NCBI GenBank assembly: GCA_046723505.1
Contig: JBKOUS010000092.1
Span: 1-63,540, forward strand
Direction: 5' to 3'
Source: Actinomycetota bacterium
Lineage (GTDB): Bacteria; Actinomycetota; Actinomycetes; Propionibacteriales; Propionibacteriaceae
DNA: 63,540 nucleotides
Both the position numbers and the translations under genes were made by a program. Below the pieces are notes generated by a model that saw only the letters and a program-made list of their open reading frames with translations, was not told the DNA's origin and ran no database searches. Each line of letters opens with the position of its first letter. Position 1 is the stretch's first letter. Below, one piece after another: positions 20,455-32,143 of this stretch.

Positions 20455-21633
20455 GTGCCGCGCTTCGAACCTTTTGCCGCTATCCGTTACGCCACCGAGG
20501 AATTGGCGTCAGTGATCGCGCCACCCTATGACGTGTTGTCCGACGCTGACGTAGACGCCCTCGAGGCGAGGTCGCCCCACAACGTCGTGCGCATTGACGT
20601 GCCACGGGGTGGCGAAGACCGCTACGACCTTGCGGCGAAGACGATGCGTGCCTGGCTCGATGAACAAGTGCTTGTCATCGACCCGGAACCGTCGTTCACC
20701 ATTTACCGTATGCGTTTCACCGACTCCGCCGGTGTGCGCCGAGACATCGCTGGCGTGCTTGGTGCGCTGGAAGTCGTTGATCTTGAGGCCGGTGGAGTCC
20801 TTCCGCATGAGCGGACTACGCCGGAGGCGTCCACCGATCGTCTCGACCTGACTCGGGCCACAGCAGCCAACCTCTCCCCGGTTTGGGGACTTTCGCTGTC
20901 AACTGGCTTGACGGAGCTGCTCGCCGAACCGGGTGAGGCGGTGGGGGCTGTGATAGATGCGGGTGTTGAACACCTGCTAGAACGCGTGGCCGACCCAGAG
21001 CGGATTGCCGCCATTCGAGACAAGCTGGCCGCCGATGACGTGCTGATCGCCGACGGCCATCACCGTTATGGGGTATCCCGCAGTTACCGCGACGAGGTGC
21101 GCGAGGCGACCGGGCGCACTGATACAGCGGCTGAGCTGACGCTTGCCTTCGTCAACGAGCTGATCGAGGAGCAACTGAACGTGGAGGCGATCCACCGCCT
21201 CTACACCAATATCGAGGTGGCCGATCTGGCACGCGCGCTGGCGCGATCGTTCGAGCTCATCCCCACAGATCGGCCTAGCTCTGACACCCTTGCAGCGATG
21301 GCGATGGAGGGGTTCCTGGTGCTCTTTACCCGCGAGGGCATCTGGCGGCTGCAGCCCAAACCTGGACGCTTCGACGGCGTACGCGCGCTCGATGGAGGTT
21401 GGTTAGAGACGGCACTCGCCGACGTCCCATTGACGGTGAGCTACCAGCACGGGCTCGATGAAGCGCTGTTCGAAGTGGACAGCGGGCGGGCGTCAGCGGC
21501 GGTGATGATCCGGCCGGTCAGTGTTGCCGAGATCGAACGGACCGCTCGTGAAGGCCTGCTGATGCCGCCCAAGTCAACGTTCTTCAGCCCCAAGCTCAAG
21601 ACCGGGTTCGTGATTCGCTCGCTGACCGAATAA
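20455..21633 (+). CDS. DUF1015 family protein
   Basis: APPYDV, LPHERT, IADGHHRY, MPPKSTFFSPK. Confidence 0.88.
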   Translation: MPRFEPFAAIRYATEELASVIAPPYDVLSDADVDALEARSPHNVVRIDVPRGGEDRYDLAAKTMRAWLDEQVLVIDPEPSFTIYRMRFTDSAGVRRDIAGVLGALEVVDLEAGGVLPHERTTPEASTDRLDLTRATAANLSPVWGLSLSTGLTELLAEPGEAVGAVIDAGVEHLLERVADPERIAAIRDKLAADDVLIADGHHRYGVSRSYRDEVREATGRTDTAAELTLAFVNELIEEQLNVEAIHRLYTNIEVADLARALARSFELIPTDRPSSDTLAAMAMEGFLVLFTREGIWRLQPKPGRFDGVRALDGGWLETALADVPLTVSYQHGLDEALFEVDSGRASAAVMIRPVSVAEIERTAREGLLMPPKSTFFSPKLKTGFVIRSLTE

Positions 21634-21642
21634 GCCGTGGCA

Positions 21643-22131
21643 TCAGTCCTCGGCGAAGACCTCGCGGAGTTTGGCCTCCTGCTCCGGCGACAGGTTGCTG
21701 GCGATCAGCTCAGCATTCATGTCCTTGAGGGCGCCCTCGACCTTGTTCACAACAGCGTCGTCGGTCAACAAGAACAACGCTGACGTGCCAGGGGTGACCT
21801 TCTGTTTCACCTCGTCGATGAATTTGTCGCTGATCCCCATGTCGATGATCGACGTGCTCACAGCGCCCATCGCGGCGCCGATCGCAGCACCGAGGAACGG
21901 TACGAGGAAGATCAGTCCGAGGAACATCCCCCAGAAAGCCCCGCTGAGCGCACCTGCGCCGGTTGTGTTGTGCAGCTGTCGCGTCTTCGGCTTCTTCTTG
22001 CCGGGTTCCCAAGTGACGACAGCCGCGTCGTCGATCGTGATGACAGCTTGAGATTGCAAGGCTTCGAGCCGTTTGATGGCTTCTTCTGCATCGTCGGCAC
22101 CGGGAAAGGCCCACGCGGTCAGTGTCGTCAT
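21643..22131 (-). CDS. DUF1269 family membrane protein
   Basis: DAAVVTW, GALSGAFWG, PGTSALFLL, NLSPEQE. Confidence 0.85.
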   Translation of the reverse strand: MTTLTAWAFPGADDAEEAIKRLEALQSQAVITIDDAAVVTWEPGKKKPKTRQLHNTTGAGALSGAFWGMFLGLIFLVPFLGAAIGAAMGAVSTSIIDMGISDKFIDEVKQKVTPGTSALFLLTDDAVVNKVEGALKDMNAELIASNLSPEQEAKLREVFAED

Positions 22132-22320
22132 TGAGATCCCCTAGGTAGGCGAGGTTCGCGAGGGCGGCAACAAGATCAGCCCGTGGGGCCATACTGACGA
22201 CGTGCGCTTCGGACTGTCAATCTCGCCTTCGGACGTCTGCACCTGGATGCGCTCAGACCTTAGGGAGTGAGTGATGCGGCACTAGGATGAGCCGGACTCA
22301 AACGACGAGGAGATCGATAG

Positions 22321-22617
22321 GTGGCACTCACCACTGAAGACGTGGCCAAACTTGCCAGATTGGCGCGGATCGAGCTGACCGAGACTGAGCTGGAAGTGTT
22401 GGCACCCCAGCTGGATGTGATCTTGGAGTCCGTTGCCCGGGTATCCGAGGTTGCAGCGGAGCACATCCCGCCAACCTCACACGCGTTGCCGCTGACGAAC
22501 GTTTTCCGCGCAGACGAGTTGCGGCCGTCGCTGCCTCGAGAGCAAGTACTCGCCGGCGCACCGGCCGCAGAGCAGATGCGATTCCGGGTGCCGAGAATCC
22601 TCGAGGAGCAGGCGTGA
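22321..22617 (+). CDS. gatC: Asp/Glu-tRNA amidotransferase subunit C
   Basis: [20 protein letters not shown]; first gene of gatCAB; SD GAGGAG. Confidence 0.95.
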   Translation: MALTTEDVAKLARLARIELTETELEVLAPQLDVILESVARVSEVAAEHIPPTSHALPLTNVFRADELRPSLPREQVLAGAPAAEQMRFRVPRILEEQA

Positions 22618-24140
22618 GTCTGCAGCAGGCTGCGCCTTCAGAGATCATCCGGCTGACTGCTGTTGATCTTGCAGGCAAGATCAAGTCGCGAGAGCTGAGT
22701 GCGGTTGAGGTCACACAGGCACACCTTGATCGGATCACCGAGGTCGACGGCAAAATACACGCTTTCCTTTATGTGGACGGTGCGCGCGCCCTGGAATCCG
22801 CAGCGCGGGTCGATGCCAAGATCGCGGCTGGAGAGATGGTGGGGTCGCTGGCCGGAGTGCCGCTGGCACTCAAGGACATCCTCACCTACACCGGCGCGCC
22901 GACGACCTGCGGATCTAAGGTGTTGGAAGGATGGCTGCCCCCCTACGACGCAACAGTGACCAGGCGGCTTCTTGATCATGACATCGTGATCTTGGGCAAG
23001 ACGAATCTCGACGAATTCGCGATGGGATCCTCGACTGAGAACTCCGCGTACGGGCCGACGCGGAACCCATGGGACCTGGACCGGATCCCAGGCGGCTCCG
23101 GCGGTGGGTCGGCCGCGGCAGTGGCAGCGTTCCTGGCCCCGCTGGCAATCGGCACGGACACGGGCGGCTCCATCAGGCAGCCAGCCGCTGTGACGGGCAC
23201 GGTTGGGGTGAAACCGACCTACGGTGGCAGCTCACGCTACGGCCTGGTGGCCCTCGCCTCGAGCCTGGATCAGCCGGGGCCATGCGCCCGTACGGTCCTC
23301 GACGCGGCGCTGCTGCATCAGGTGATCGCCGGCCACGACCCGTGCGATTCGACCTCGATCGACCAACCGGTGCCTGATGTGGTGGGCGCGGCGCGGTCCG
23401 CTGACATCGCCGGCATGAAAGTCGGCGTGGTCAGCGAACTGGGCGGCGAAGGCTATGCACCAGGGGTGGAGCAGCGCTTCACCGAAGCTGTGGAGCTACT
23501 GGCATCCCTCGGTGCAGAGGTCATCGAGGTCTCCTGCCCGCACTTCGTCTACGCCCTGCCGGCGTACTACTTGATCTTGCCCGCCGAATGCTCCTCCAAC
23601 CTTGCAAAGTTCGACGCCATGCGATACGGGCTGCGAGTTGGTGACGACGGCATGGCGAGTGCCGAGCAGGTGATGGCGGCGACCAGGGAGGCCGGCTTCG
23701 GCGCTGAGGTCAAGCGTCGGATCATCATCGGTACCTACGCGCTCTCCAGCGGCTACTACGAGGCCTACTACGGGCAGGCGCAGAAGGTCAGGACCCTGAT
23801 CTCCCGGGACTTCGACAAGGCGTTCTCGAACGTGGACGTGCTTGTCTCGCCGTCGACGCCGATCACGGCGTTCAAGATCGGAGAGAAGGTTGACGACCCG
23901 CTCGCCATGTACATGAACGACTTATGCACTATTCCGTCCAATCTGGCGGGCAATGCCAGCGCCTCTTTCCCGGTGGGTTTGGCCCCCGAGGATGGGTTGC
24001 CGGTGGGCTTGCAGGTAATGGCGCCGCCGCTAGCCGACGACCGGCTCTATCGCGTCGGTGGGGCGCTGGAAGCGGCCTTGGAGTCGGCGTGGACCGGACC
24101 CCTGCTTGATCGCCTCCCGGAGCCAGGAGCGGTTCGATGA
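22614..24140 (+). CDS. gatA: Asp/Glu-tRNA amidotransferase subunit A
   Basis: [41 protein letters not shown]. Confidence 0.97.
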   Translation: MSLQQAAPSEIIRLTAVDLAGKIKSRELSAVEVTQAHLDRITEVDGKIHAFLYVDGARALESAARVDAKIAAGEMVGSLAGVPLALKDILTYTGAPTTCGSKVLEGWLPPYDATVTRRLLDHDIVILGKTNLDEFAMGSSTENSAYGPTRNPWDLDRIPGGSGGGSAAAVAAFLAPLAIGTDTGGSIRQPAAVTGTVGVKPTYGGSSRYGLVALASSLDQPGPCARTVLDAALLHQVIAGHDPCDSTSIDQPVPDVVGAARSADIAGMKVGVVSELGGEGYAPGVEQRFTEAVELLASLGAEVIEVSCPHFVYALPAYYLILPAECSSNLAKFDAMRYGLRVGDDGMASAEQVMAATREAGFGAEVKRRIIIGTYALSSGYYEAYYGQAQKVRTLISRDFDKAFSNVDVLVSPSTPITAFKIGEKVDDPLAMYMNDLCTIPSNLAGNASASFPVGLAPEDGLPVGLQVMAPPLADDRLYRVGGALEAALESAWTGPLLDRLPEPGAVR

Positions 24141-25624
24141 GCGTGCTGCCTTATGCGGAAGCCGTGGCCGCGTACGACCCAGTGCTGGGGCTTGAGGTAC
24201 ATGTGGAACTCAACACAGTCTCGAAGATGTTCTGCGGCTGTTCGACGGCATTCGGCGCTGAGCCGAACACTCAGGTATGCCCGGTCTGCCTGGGCTTGCC
24301 AGGCTCGCTGCCGGTGGTGAACGCGAAGGCAGTCGAGTCGGCCGCCCGGATCGGACTCGCGCTGAATTGCACGATTGCCGAGTGGTGCCGCTTTTCCCGC
24401 AAGAACTATTTCTATCCGGACATGCCGAAGAACTATCAGATCTCCCAGTACGACGAGCCGATCGCGTACGACGGGTGGACCGAGGTGGTACTTGACGGTC
24501 AGATCTTCCGGATCGGCATCGAGCGTGCCCACATGGAGGAAGACACCGGCAAGTCATTGCACGTGGGCGGTGCGACAGGTCGCATCCACGGCGCGGAGTA
24601 TTCGCTGTTGGACTACAACCGGTCTGGGGTACCCCTGATCGAGATCGTGACGAAGCCCGTCGAGGGGACCGGCGCACAGGCGCCAGAAGTGGCGCGGGCG
24701 TACGTGACGATGCTGCGTGACCTGCTGCGGGCGCTCGGTGTCTCCGATGTCCGGATGGAGCAGGGTTCGCTGCGTTGCGACGCCAACGTTTCGCTGCGGC
24801 CGGTCGGTACTTCTGCTTTCGGTACCCGTACCGAGACCAAGAACGTCAATTCGCTGCGCAGCGTCGAGCGGGCCGTGCGGTATGAGATCACTCGGCAAGC
24901 CGCCGTTCTCGCTAGTGGCGGCAGGGTCATTCAGGAGACGCGGCACTGGCACGAGGACTCCGGTATGACGACGTCCGGCCGGAACAAGGAAACTGCGGAA
25001 GATTACCGCTACTTTCCCGAACCCGACCTTGTGCCGGTGGCACCGAGTCGGAAATGGGTCGAGGAGCTGCGCACCACTTTGCCTGAGCCTCCGGCTGCCA
25101 GGCTGCGGCGGGTGAGCGCGGAGTGGGGGTTCTCCGAGCTGGAGATGCGCGACGTGGTAAGTGCTGGCGCAGTCAACGCAATCGAGGCAACGGTTGCGGC
25201 CGGCGCATCGCCGCAGTCGGCCAGGAAGTGGTGGCTGACTGAGGTTGCGCGACGCGCGAACGAGACTGGAGTTGATCTTGAAGAGGTGAAGATCAGCCCG
25301 CAGCAGGTGGCCGAAATCCAGGCCTTGGTCGAGGACGGAACCATCAACGACAAACTCGCGCGTCAGGTGTTCGAAGGCGTCATCGCTGGCGAAGGTTCCC
25401 CATCCGAGGTTGTTGCCGCCCGTCAACTGGCGATCGTTTCCGACGAGGATGCACTGGCGGCGGCCGTCGACGAGGCGATCAATGCAAACCCAGACATCGT
25501 TGACAAGATCAAAAGTGGCAAGGTGCAGGCAGCCGGCGCACTGATCGGATCGGTGATGAAGCAGTTGCGCGGGCAGGCCGACGCCACCCGGGTCCGTGAA
25601 ATGATCTTGGAGAAAATCGGCTAG
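24137..25624 (+). CDS. gatB: Asp/Glu-tRNA amidotransferase subunit B
   Basis: [34 protein letters not shown]. Confidence 0.97.
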   Translation: MSVLPYAEAVAAYDPVLGLEVHVELNTVSKMFCGCSTAFGAEPNTQVCPVCLGLPGSLPVVNAKAVESAARIGLALNCTIAEWCRFSRKNYFYPDMPKNYQISQYDEPIAYDGWTEVVLDGQIFRIGIERAHMEEDTGKSLHVGGATGRIHGAEYSLLDYNRSGVPLIEIVTKPVEGTGAQAPEVARAYVTMLRDLLRALGVSDVRMEQGSLRCDANVSLRPVGTSAFGTRTETKNVNSLRSVERAVRYEITRQAAVLASGGRVIQETRHWHEDSGMTTSGRNKETAEDYRYFPEPDLVPVAPSRKWVEELRTTLPEPPAARLRRVSAEWGFSELEMRDVVSAGAVNAIEATVAAGASPQSARKWWLTEVARRANETGVDLEEVKISPQQVAEIQALVEDGTINDKLARQVFEGVIAGEGSPSEVVAARQLAIVSDEDALAAAVDEAINANPDIVDKIKSGKVQAAGALIGSVMKQLRGQADATRVREMILEKIG

Positions 25625-25648
25625 TCGGCAGCTCCCTCAGCGCCGTTT

Positions 25649-25716
25649 GCCGTCCCCAGACGGCTCGCGAGTGTATTGGGTCCGCATTTGGCCTATACAA
25701 GCGGTCTTGGGACGGC
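25649..25716. terminator. Imperfect long hairpin between convergent gatB and the antiporter gene
   Basis: GCCGTCCCCAGAC pairs with GTCTTGGGACGGC (1 mismatch); inner TGTATTGG/CCTATACA pairing. Confidence 0.55.
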
Positions 25717-25732
25717 TTTCATGGGTTCCGGA

Positions 25733-26832
25733 CTATGGGACTATCGCGAGGAAGAGAAAGGCCGCCAGGAGGACGAGGTGAACTGCGGCCTCCAGCCGTT
25801 TTGCCCGTCCCGGAACCACAGTGAGAATCGCAACGACGACTGTCACGGCCAGCAACAACATTTGGGTGGCATTCAGTCCCAGGAGCAACGGGCCCTCAAG
25901 CCAGATCGAGGCGACGGCGATGGCTGGGATGGTGAGTCCGATGCTGGCTATGGCAGAGCCGAATGCGAGATTGAGACTGGTCTGGATTCGGTCTCGACGA
26001 GCCGCCCGGGCCGCGGCCAGCGTCTCAGGCAGCAACACCAGCAACGCGATCACGACGCCAACGAATAATGGAGGGAATCCGACCACGGCGACGCCGGATT
26101 TGATTGCGGGCGTCTCGACCTTGGCCACGCCGACCACGGCGACGAGGGCCAGCACCAGCAGGCCGAGGCTGGCCAGCGTCGTTCTATCGCTGGGTGGATC
26201 GGCGTGATCTTCGGCCGCTATGACCTCCCCGGCGGACGTCAAGGGAAGGAAGAAGTCTCGACGCCGACCTGTTTGCGTAAGGACGAACATCACGTACAGC
26301 GTCAGCGAGGCGGTAGCCGCAAAGGCCAGCTGGACCGGAGTGAACTCTGGACCGGGGCGACTGGCCGTGAAAGTCGGCAGCACCAAACTCAAGGTGGCCA
26401 ACGTCGTCACCGTGGCCAGCGCAGCGCCGGTTCCCTCTGCGTGAACATCGTGATGTGGAAGCGCACTGCGCCGATGAGGAGAGCAATTCCGACGATCCCG
26501 TTGCAGGTGATCATCACCGCCGCGAACACCGTGTCCCGAGCCAAGGATGCAGCTCCCGGGCCGCCCGAGATCATCAGCGTCACAATCAGGCCCACCTCGA
26601 TGATCGTCACAGCGACCGCCAACACCAGCGATCCGAATGGCTCACCGACGCGGTGGGCAACGACCTCTGCATGGTTCACGGCGGCCAGGACGGCACCCGC
26701 CAATGCGAATGCCACGAGAACCTGGATGACGACGCCAATAGTGCGCCCCCAAGTGAACCCGAGCAGCACTGCCGCCAGCACGGGGACAATCACCGTCCAC
26801 GACAAGATCTTGATCGCAACCGCGGCGGTCAT
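25733..26832 (-). pseudogene. chaA: Ca2+/H+ antiporter (ChaA/Y4hA type), frameshifted
   Basis: The N half has HAEVVAHRVGEPFGSLVLAVAVTIIEV and the C half has LLPETLAA..SLNLAFGSAIASIGLTIP. The junction reads TTC-AC-GCA-GAG-GGA at about 26442; adding one base restores FNAEGTGAAL. Confidence 0.85.
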
Positions 26833-27006
26833 GGGGCCAGGCTTGCACAGCAGCTTCGGCAGAACTGGCAACTGCGCGTGAGTTGCGCTGTTTCCTATCA
26901 CTGCAGGTCAGCAACGAAGCAGCAGATACCTGATCGTGCCTAGGCAGCGGGCGTCGACAATCGCGCACCGCCGTGCTGAGCCCGGCTGGCGGGGCTGCAC
27001 ATGCGC

Positions 27007-27231
27007 CTAGCGACGATTGTTCTGCCCGCCGCCCGAGCGCGGTCGCCGGGTCAAGAAGATCAGGAGCAGTCCGACAACCAGACAGAGCAGTCCGATGGCG
27101 AGCCACGTCCGGCTGCCCGTCATGAAGCTCCCCTTAATGAGGCCGGCGCCCTGACCAATCCAGACGCCACCGACCAGAACCGCGAGTCCACCGATGATCA
27201 TGAGGATGGTGCGTGCGACCTTCGATGGCAT
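27007..27231 (-). CDS. Small two-helix membrane protein
   Basis: 74 aa; two hydrophobic helices flanking WIGQG..IKGSFMTG..W. Confidence 0.7.
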   Translation of the reverse strand: MPSKVARTILMIIGGLAVLVGGVWIGQGAGLIKGSFMTGSRTWLAIGLLCLVVGLLLIFLTRRPRSGGGQNNRR

Positions 27232-27244
27232 GGTGCTCGCGGCC

Positions 27245-28423
27245 CTATCGGGTGACTCGGAACAGGCGGTCGTCATCGCGTGACGGATCGCCCCTACCAT
27301 CGGTGTTGGAGTTGCTCAACAGCAAGCTGTTCCCATCGTGAGCGACGACCACAGTCCGCAGCCGGCCATAGTTGCCCCTGAAGTGCGCGATTGGATCGCC
27401 TGTCGAGATGCCATCAAGTGGGATCTCCCAGAGCCGCTCGCCCCGCAATCCCGCCATCCACAGCTCGCCCTGCCAGTACGCCAACCCAGACGGTGAGGCT
27501 TCTCGGGTCCGCCAGACAACCTTGGGATTGGTCATCCCTTCGACTTGGCCGGAGCCCTCGACCTCAGGCCAACCGTAGTTGGCTCCCTCCCTGATCAAGT
27601 TCAACTCATCCCACTTTTGCTGGCCGAACTCACTGGCCCATAAGCGGCCATCAGCGTCGAAGGCAAGGCCTTGAACGTTGCGGTGGCCGTAGCTGAAGAC
27701 CTCATTGTCGAAGGGGTTGCCAGGAGCCGGTCTGCCATCGACTCTGAGTCTGAGGATCTTTCCGCCGAGAGATTCCTTGTCCTGTGCCAGCGACCCGTCT
27801 CCGCTTTCGCCGGTGCCGACGTACAGGTAATCGTCGGGACCGATGACCATTCGGCCGCCGTTGTGAATGAAACCCTTGGGAATGCCCCGGAGAATGACCT
27901 TTGGCGCGCCAAGGTCGCGGCCGTCCCAGCCCATAGAGACGATTCGATTGTCGTCAGCCGCGGTGTAGTACGCGAAGACAGTTTTTTCGTCCTTGGTGAC
28001 GGCGAGACCCATTAAGCCGCCCTCGCCGGCAGGCGAGGCTTCGTCGATGGTCCTGACTAGTGAAGTCGAGTCGTTGCGTACTCGGAGGATTTTTCCAGTG
28101 TCACGTTCACTGATCAGGAAGCTCCCGTCCTTGAGTGTGACCAGGCCCCAAGGTGTCACAAGATCGGCGACGATTTCCCTGGCGCGAGGCTCACCGCGCG
28201 ACTGGACGGCGCTGGGAGTCGAACTGCTGGCCTCCGCGCTATTGGGCTCTGGACTTGTCGCGGGCGCTGAGCTGGCGGCCGTCTGGCCAGCCGTACGGGT
28301 CTCTGCGCTGGGGTCGTTGGCCGCGTTGGTGCATCCGGTGACCAGAAGGAGCGCACCGCAGGCAGCTACTAAATGCGAGCGGCCCCGATGCCTGGCCGGC
28401 ATCGGTGTCGAAGTCACTGCCAC
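27245..28423 (-). CDS. PQQ-dependent sugar (glucose/sorbosone) dehydrogenase family lipoprotein
   Basis: Lipobox LLVTGC; PWGL, GEGGLMG, HNGGR, GKILR, YGHRNVQG, DELN..NYGWP. Confidence 0.9.
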   Translation of the reverse strand: MAVTSTPMPARHRGRSHLVAACGALLLVTGCTNAANDPSAETRTAGQTAASSAPATSPEPNSAEASSSTPSAVQSRGEPRAREIVADLVTPWGLVTLKDGSFLISERDTGKILRVRNDSTSLVRTIDEASPAGEGGLMGLAVTKDEKTVFAYYTAADDNRIVSMGWDGRDLGAPKVILRGIPKGFIHNGGRMVIGPDDYLYVGTGESGDGSLAQDKESLGGKILRLRVDGRPAPGNPFDNEVFSYGHRNVQGLAFDADGRLWASEFGQQKWDELNLIREGANYGWPEVEGSGQVEGMTNPKVVWRTREASPSGLAYWQGELWMAGLRGERLWEIPLDGISTGDPIAHFRGNYGRLRTVVVAHDGNSLLLSNSNTDGRGDPSRDDDRLFRVTR

Positions 28424-28451
28424 AGTCTCGCTTACACGCCCAAAACAGATC

Positions 28452-29108
28452 TCACGTCCTGAGGTCAGCCGAGTTCAAGATGTCGATCGCCTCCGGCTCG
28501 CCAACCAGTTTGATCTCGGCCACGCTCGTCCTGCCGTGGGCGTACAACATCAGCTCGCTCGGCGTGCCGACGAGGGTCACGGTCGAGGCGCCGCTCACTG
28601 CCCGAATCGCCTCTGGCGCGCCGTCTGCATCAGCGGAACCCAAGCGCTCGAGGACGACACCAACCTGAACTCGGCGAAACCACGCTCGACCCAGCAGCTT
28701 CAGCCGGCGCCACATCCACTCCTCGACATCCTCGCCAAGCTGCCGCGAGGTCTGCGGCGAGTCCCCGGCCCGGCGTACGTCCTCATGGTGAATGAAGAAC
28801 TCGGTGGTGTTGGCACCCTCGTCAACACCTGGAATCGCAAAGATTGAGAATCGCGCCGGACCTCTGCGGACCCGGTCAACAAGCTCAGTGAATTCCCACC
28901 GCTGTTTGATTTCGGCCATCCGGCGCTCGTACAAGCTGGACAGCGGTTTTGCGACAATGCCGCTGGCCCCGATCGGATCAGTCTCGCGGACCCACAAGTG
29001 CGCTGCGAGGTCGTGTGTGTCCCAGCCCTCGCACAGCGTGGGTGCGTGCGGGCCGACCTCGTCGAGCAAGTCGCACAGCGCAGCCCGTTCGGACCTGGCA
29101 AACGTCAC
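28452..29108 (-). CDS. TIGR03085 family (DinB/mycothiol maleylpyruvate isomerase-like) metal-binding protein
   Basis: ERAALCD, PTLCEGW..DLAAHL, EFFIHHEDVRRA; divergent from hisI. Confidence 0.85.
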   Translation of the reverse strand: MTFARSERAALCDLLDEVGPHAPTLCEGWDTHDLAAHLWVRETDPIGASGIVAKPLSSLYERRMAEIKQRWEFTELVDRVRRGPARFSIFAIPGVDEGANTTEFFIHHEDVRRAGDSPQTSRQLGEDVEEWMWRRLKLLGRAWFRRVQVGVVLERLGSADADGAPEAIRAVSGASTVTLVGTPSELMLYAHGRTSVAEIKLVGEPEAIDILNSADLRT

Positions 29109-29246
29109 GAGCGACCATCGTAGCGCCCCAGCCTGGTACCTCCTGCACGTCGCACTCCTCCGATCGTCGCCGGAAACGCCGAGGGCAACTTGCCACTGGT
29201 CGGAAGGTTCGCGATCGGTGGGAATCGGTGTTGGAACAATGGGCGC

Positions 29247-29648
29247 GTGACGAACCCAAGGCCGGCTGACGCCGGCAGCACGCTAGACCCCGAGGTCGCT
29301 GCGCTGCTCAAGCGCGATCCCGCGGGATTAGTCACGGCCGTGATCCAGGAAGACCGGACCGGAGAGGTCTTGATGGTGGGGTGGATGGACGATCTTGCCC
29401 TGCACAAGACCCTGACCACTGGCCGCTCCACGTTTTTCTCCCGCAGTCGGGGCGAGTACTGGGTGAAGGGTGAGACCAGTGGTCACCGGCAGTGGGTCCG
29501 GGAGGTTCGGCTGGATTGCGACGGAGACACTGTGCTGGTCAAGGTTCATCAAGAAGGCGCCGCTTGTCATACCGGCGACCGTACTTGCTTCGACGGGCGC
29601 CCGCTGCCGGCCGTGATCGTTCAGCGAACCGAGGAACCGGGGCAGTGA
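29247..29648 (+). CDS. hisI: Phosphoribosyl-AMP cyclohydrolase
   Basis: [24 protein letters not shown]. Confidence 0.95.
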   Translation: MTNPRPADAGSTLDPEVAALLKRDPAGLVTAVIQEDRTGEVLMVGWMDDLALHKTLTTGRSTFFSRSRGEYWVKGETSGHRQWVREVRLDCDGDTVLVKVHQEGAACHTGDRTCFDGRPLPAVIVQRTEEPGQ

Positions 29649-31183
29649 GCGAGCTTTCACTGACGCTGGAGGAGTTCCGCAAGCTGGCCGTGGAGCGTCG
29701 TGTCATTCCCGTGTACCGGCGGCTGCTGGCGGACGCCGAGACGGCGATTGGGCTCTATCGCAAGTTGGCCAGGAACCAACCGGGGACCTACCTGCTCGAA
29801 TCGGCTGAGCAGGGCGTGTGGTCCCGCTACTCATTTGTGGGCGTCCGAGCAGCTGCGACGCTGACCGAGCAGCACGGCCAGGCAATCTGGCTGGGGCATG
29901 CCCCCGTTGGTCTGCCGACTGGTGGAGACCCATTGGTCGCCGTGCGCGAGACGCTGCGTCTGCTGCACACTCCCCGCGGAGAGGGGCTGCCGCCCTTCAG
30001 CTCCGGCCTGGTCGGTTATATCAGCTACGACGCGGTACGCCGGCTGGAGCGCCTCCCTGATTCCTGCGTCGACGACCTCGGCATTCCGGAGCTCGCCTTC
30101 CTGCTGGCATCCGACCTCGCCGTTCTGGATCACCACAGCGGCGAAGTGTGGCTGGTGGCCAATGCCATCAACTTCGACAACACCGACGAGCGCGTTGACG
30201 AGGCGTACGCCGACGCTGTCGCTCGAGTCGAGTCCATGACCGAGCTGCTGATCCAGCCCACACCCGCCGGGGTGGTGCTTGCCGGCTTCAACGAGGCCAC
30301 GCTTCCGATCCGGCGTCAGCGCACGCCTGAGGAGTATCAGGAGGCGGTCAGTTCTGCAGTCGAGGAGATCAAGGCGGGCGAGGCCTTCCAGATCGTCGTC
30401 AGTCAGCGGTTTGAGGTCGACACCAATGCCGACGCGCTCGACATCTACCGCGTGCTGCGCCTGACGAACCCTAGTCCGTACATGTACCTCCTCAGGCTCG
30501 ACGGCTTCGACATCATCGGTTCCTCCCCGGAGGCTCTGGTCACCGTCAAGGGGGCCACAGCGGTCACCCATCCGATCGCCGGCTCGAAACCGCGCGGCGC
30601 CACTCCGGCAGAGGACGCCGTCTTGGAGGCTGAGCTGCTCGCCGACCCGAAGGAACGCGCCGAGCACGTCATGCTGGTCGATCTCGGCCGCAACGACCTC
30701 GGGAGAGTCTGCGACCCGGGCACGGTGGAAGTAGTGGAGTTCATGGAAGTTCGCCGCTACAGCCACATCATGCATCTCGAATCGACGGTCACCGGCACGA
30801 TTGCCGAGGACTGCACCGCGCTTGACGTGGTACTGGCGGCCTTTCCGGCCGGGACCTTGTCCGGTGCGCCCAAGGTTCGTGCGATGGAGATCATCGACGA
30901 GCTGGAGGTTTCCCGGCGAGGCCTCTACGGCGGAGTCGTCGGCTATCTCGACTTTGCCGGTGACGGCGATGCTGCGATCGCGATCCGCACTGCCCTGTTG
31001 CGCGACGGCGTGGCGTACGTGCAGGCCGGCGGAGGAATCGTCGCCGACTCGCACCCGCCCACGGAAGATCAGGAAACTCAGAACAAGGCTGCTGCTGTGG
31101 TTCGGGCCATCTCCGTGGCCGAGAGGTTCACAGCGGTCCAGTTGGCGGTCTCGAACGCTGTGGGCGGAACCGAGGCCGGATGA
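29645..31183 (+). CDS. trpE: Anthranilate synthase component I
   Basis: [42 protein letters not shown]; GTGA overlap with hisI. Confidence 0.95.
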   Translation: MSELSLTLEEFRKLAVERRVIPVYRRLLADAETAIGLYRKLARNQPGTYLLESAEQGVWSRYSFVGVRAAATLTEQHGQAIWLGHAPVGLPTGGDPLVAVRETLRLLHTPRGEGLPPFSSGLVGYISYDAVRRLERLPDSCVDDLGIPELAFLLASDLAVLDHHSGEVWLVANAINFDNTDERVDEAYADAVARVESMTELLIQPTPAGVVLAGFNEATLPIRRQRTPEEYQEAVSSAVEEIKAGEAFQIVVSQRFEVDTNADALDIYRVLRLTNPSPYMYLLRLDGFDIIGSSPEALVTVKGATAVTHPIAGSKPRGATPAEDAVLEAELLADPKERAEHVMLVDLGRNDLGRVCDPGTVEVVEFMEVRRYSHIMHLESTVTGTIAEDCTALDVVLAAFPAGTLSGAPKVRAMEIIDELEVSRRGLYGGVVGYLDFAGDGDAAIAIRTALLRDGVAYVQAGGGIVADSHPPTEDQETQNKAAAVVRAISVAERFTAVQLAVSNAVGGTEAG

Positions 31184-31830
31184 GGAGTCGGGCTCTGGCC
31201 TTTAGCTGCCTGCTCATCGGTGGTGCGCTGGCGCTGATCGGGAGTGGGCAACCGTGGTGGCGCGCCGCGGGCGAGGGTGTCGTGCTGAAGTTCAGCGGGA
31301 CCCAAGCCACGGGTGGACTGAGCCAAGCACTTGCCATCGTCGCGCTGACTGGAACCTTGTTGATGCTCGCGCTCCGGACCCGCGGTCGCCGCATAATTGG
31401 CGCGCTGCTGGTGTTGGTCGGCGTTGGACTCGCCGTGGTGGGTGGACTCGGTTTGCGGCCCAGTACAGACGCCATCGGCGGCCAGGTGCATGACGTGAGC
31501 CTGGCCGACACACTGAGCGCAACCATTTGGCCCTGGATCTTCGTCGTTTCCGGCGGGCTGGTTACGGTAGGCGCCGTATTGACCATGATCACTGCGAGAA
31601 CCTGGCCGTCACGATCTGACCGTTTCCGACCGGGGTCGAGCGGGTCGGAAGTTCCTGCCTCCGACGATCCGGCTGAACTGTGGAGGGCAATGGATGCGGG
31701 GGTCGATCCGACCACAGATGCGAGCGCCGATACTGCCAAGGTGCCGTACCCCAATGTGCACGATCGCGACCCAGGCGACACAATGGATGACACCGACCGG
31801 CGGCGCGCCTCGCAGGAGCGCGAGGAGTAG
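31180..31830 (+). CDS. Trp-biosynthesis-associated membrane protein
   Basis: Four hydrophobic helices and the C-terminal motif [12 protein letters not shown]; lies between trpE and trpC. Confidence 0.85.
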   Translation: MRSRALAFSCLLIGGALALIGSGQPWWRAAGEGVVLKFSGTQATGGLSQALAIVALTGTLLMLALRTRGRRIIGALLVLVGVGLAVVGGLGLRPSTDAIGGQVHDVSLADTLSATIWPWIFVVSGGLVTVGAVLTMITARTWPSRSDRFRPGSSGSEVPASDDPAELWRAMDAGVDPTTDASADTAKVPYPNVHDRDPGDTMDDTDRRRASQEREE

Positions 31831-31889
31831 CGGAGTTTCGGCGGTAGGTGCTCGGAATGCAGATCCCGATCAGCGGAAACGAGGGAACC

Positions 31890-32132
31890 ATGGCAGGCAC
31901 GGCACAGCGCTCAGACTTGACACATCCGACCAACAGGCGCGGCAGGCACGTGCACCATGGCCGCACACTCGCAGCTTGGACCGGCTCGGTCATCGGTCTG
32001 ATTGCATTCATTGTCGGCGCGATCGCCGTGGTCATCCAGAACTGGCCGCTGTTCTGGGTCAGTGTGGGCCTGGCCGCTGTGGCCCTGATTGTGACGGTAG
32101 TCCTGCAACGCATGGGCTACGGGGCACACTGA
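31890..32132 (+). CDS. HGxxPAAW-family small membrane protein
   Basis: [11 protein letters not shown], two hydrophobic helices, MGYG at the end. Confidence 0.75.
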   Translation: MAGTAQRSDLTHPTNRRGRHVHHGRTLAAWTGSVIGLIAFIVGAIAVVIQNWPLFWVSVGLAAVALIVTVVLQRMGYGAH

Positions 32133-32143
32133 TCGGTTTCATT

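Noticed and set aside
29156-29223. Inverted repeat upstream of hisI
   Set aside because: Only a 7 bp perfect core (CCGATCG); not distinguishable from chance at this GC content.
29109-29246. Trp or His attenuator leader peptide before hisI-trpE, also sought before hisD
   Set aside because: No short ORF with tandem Trp or His codons and no terminator found; hisD appears leaderless.
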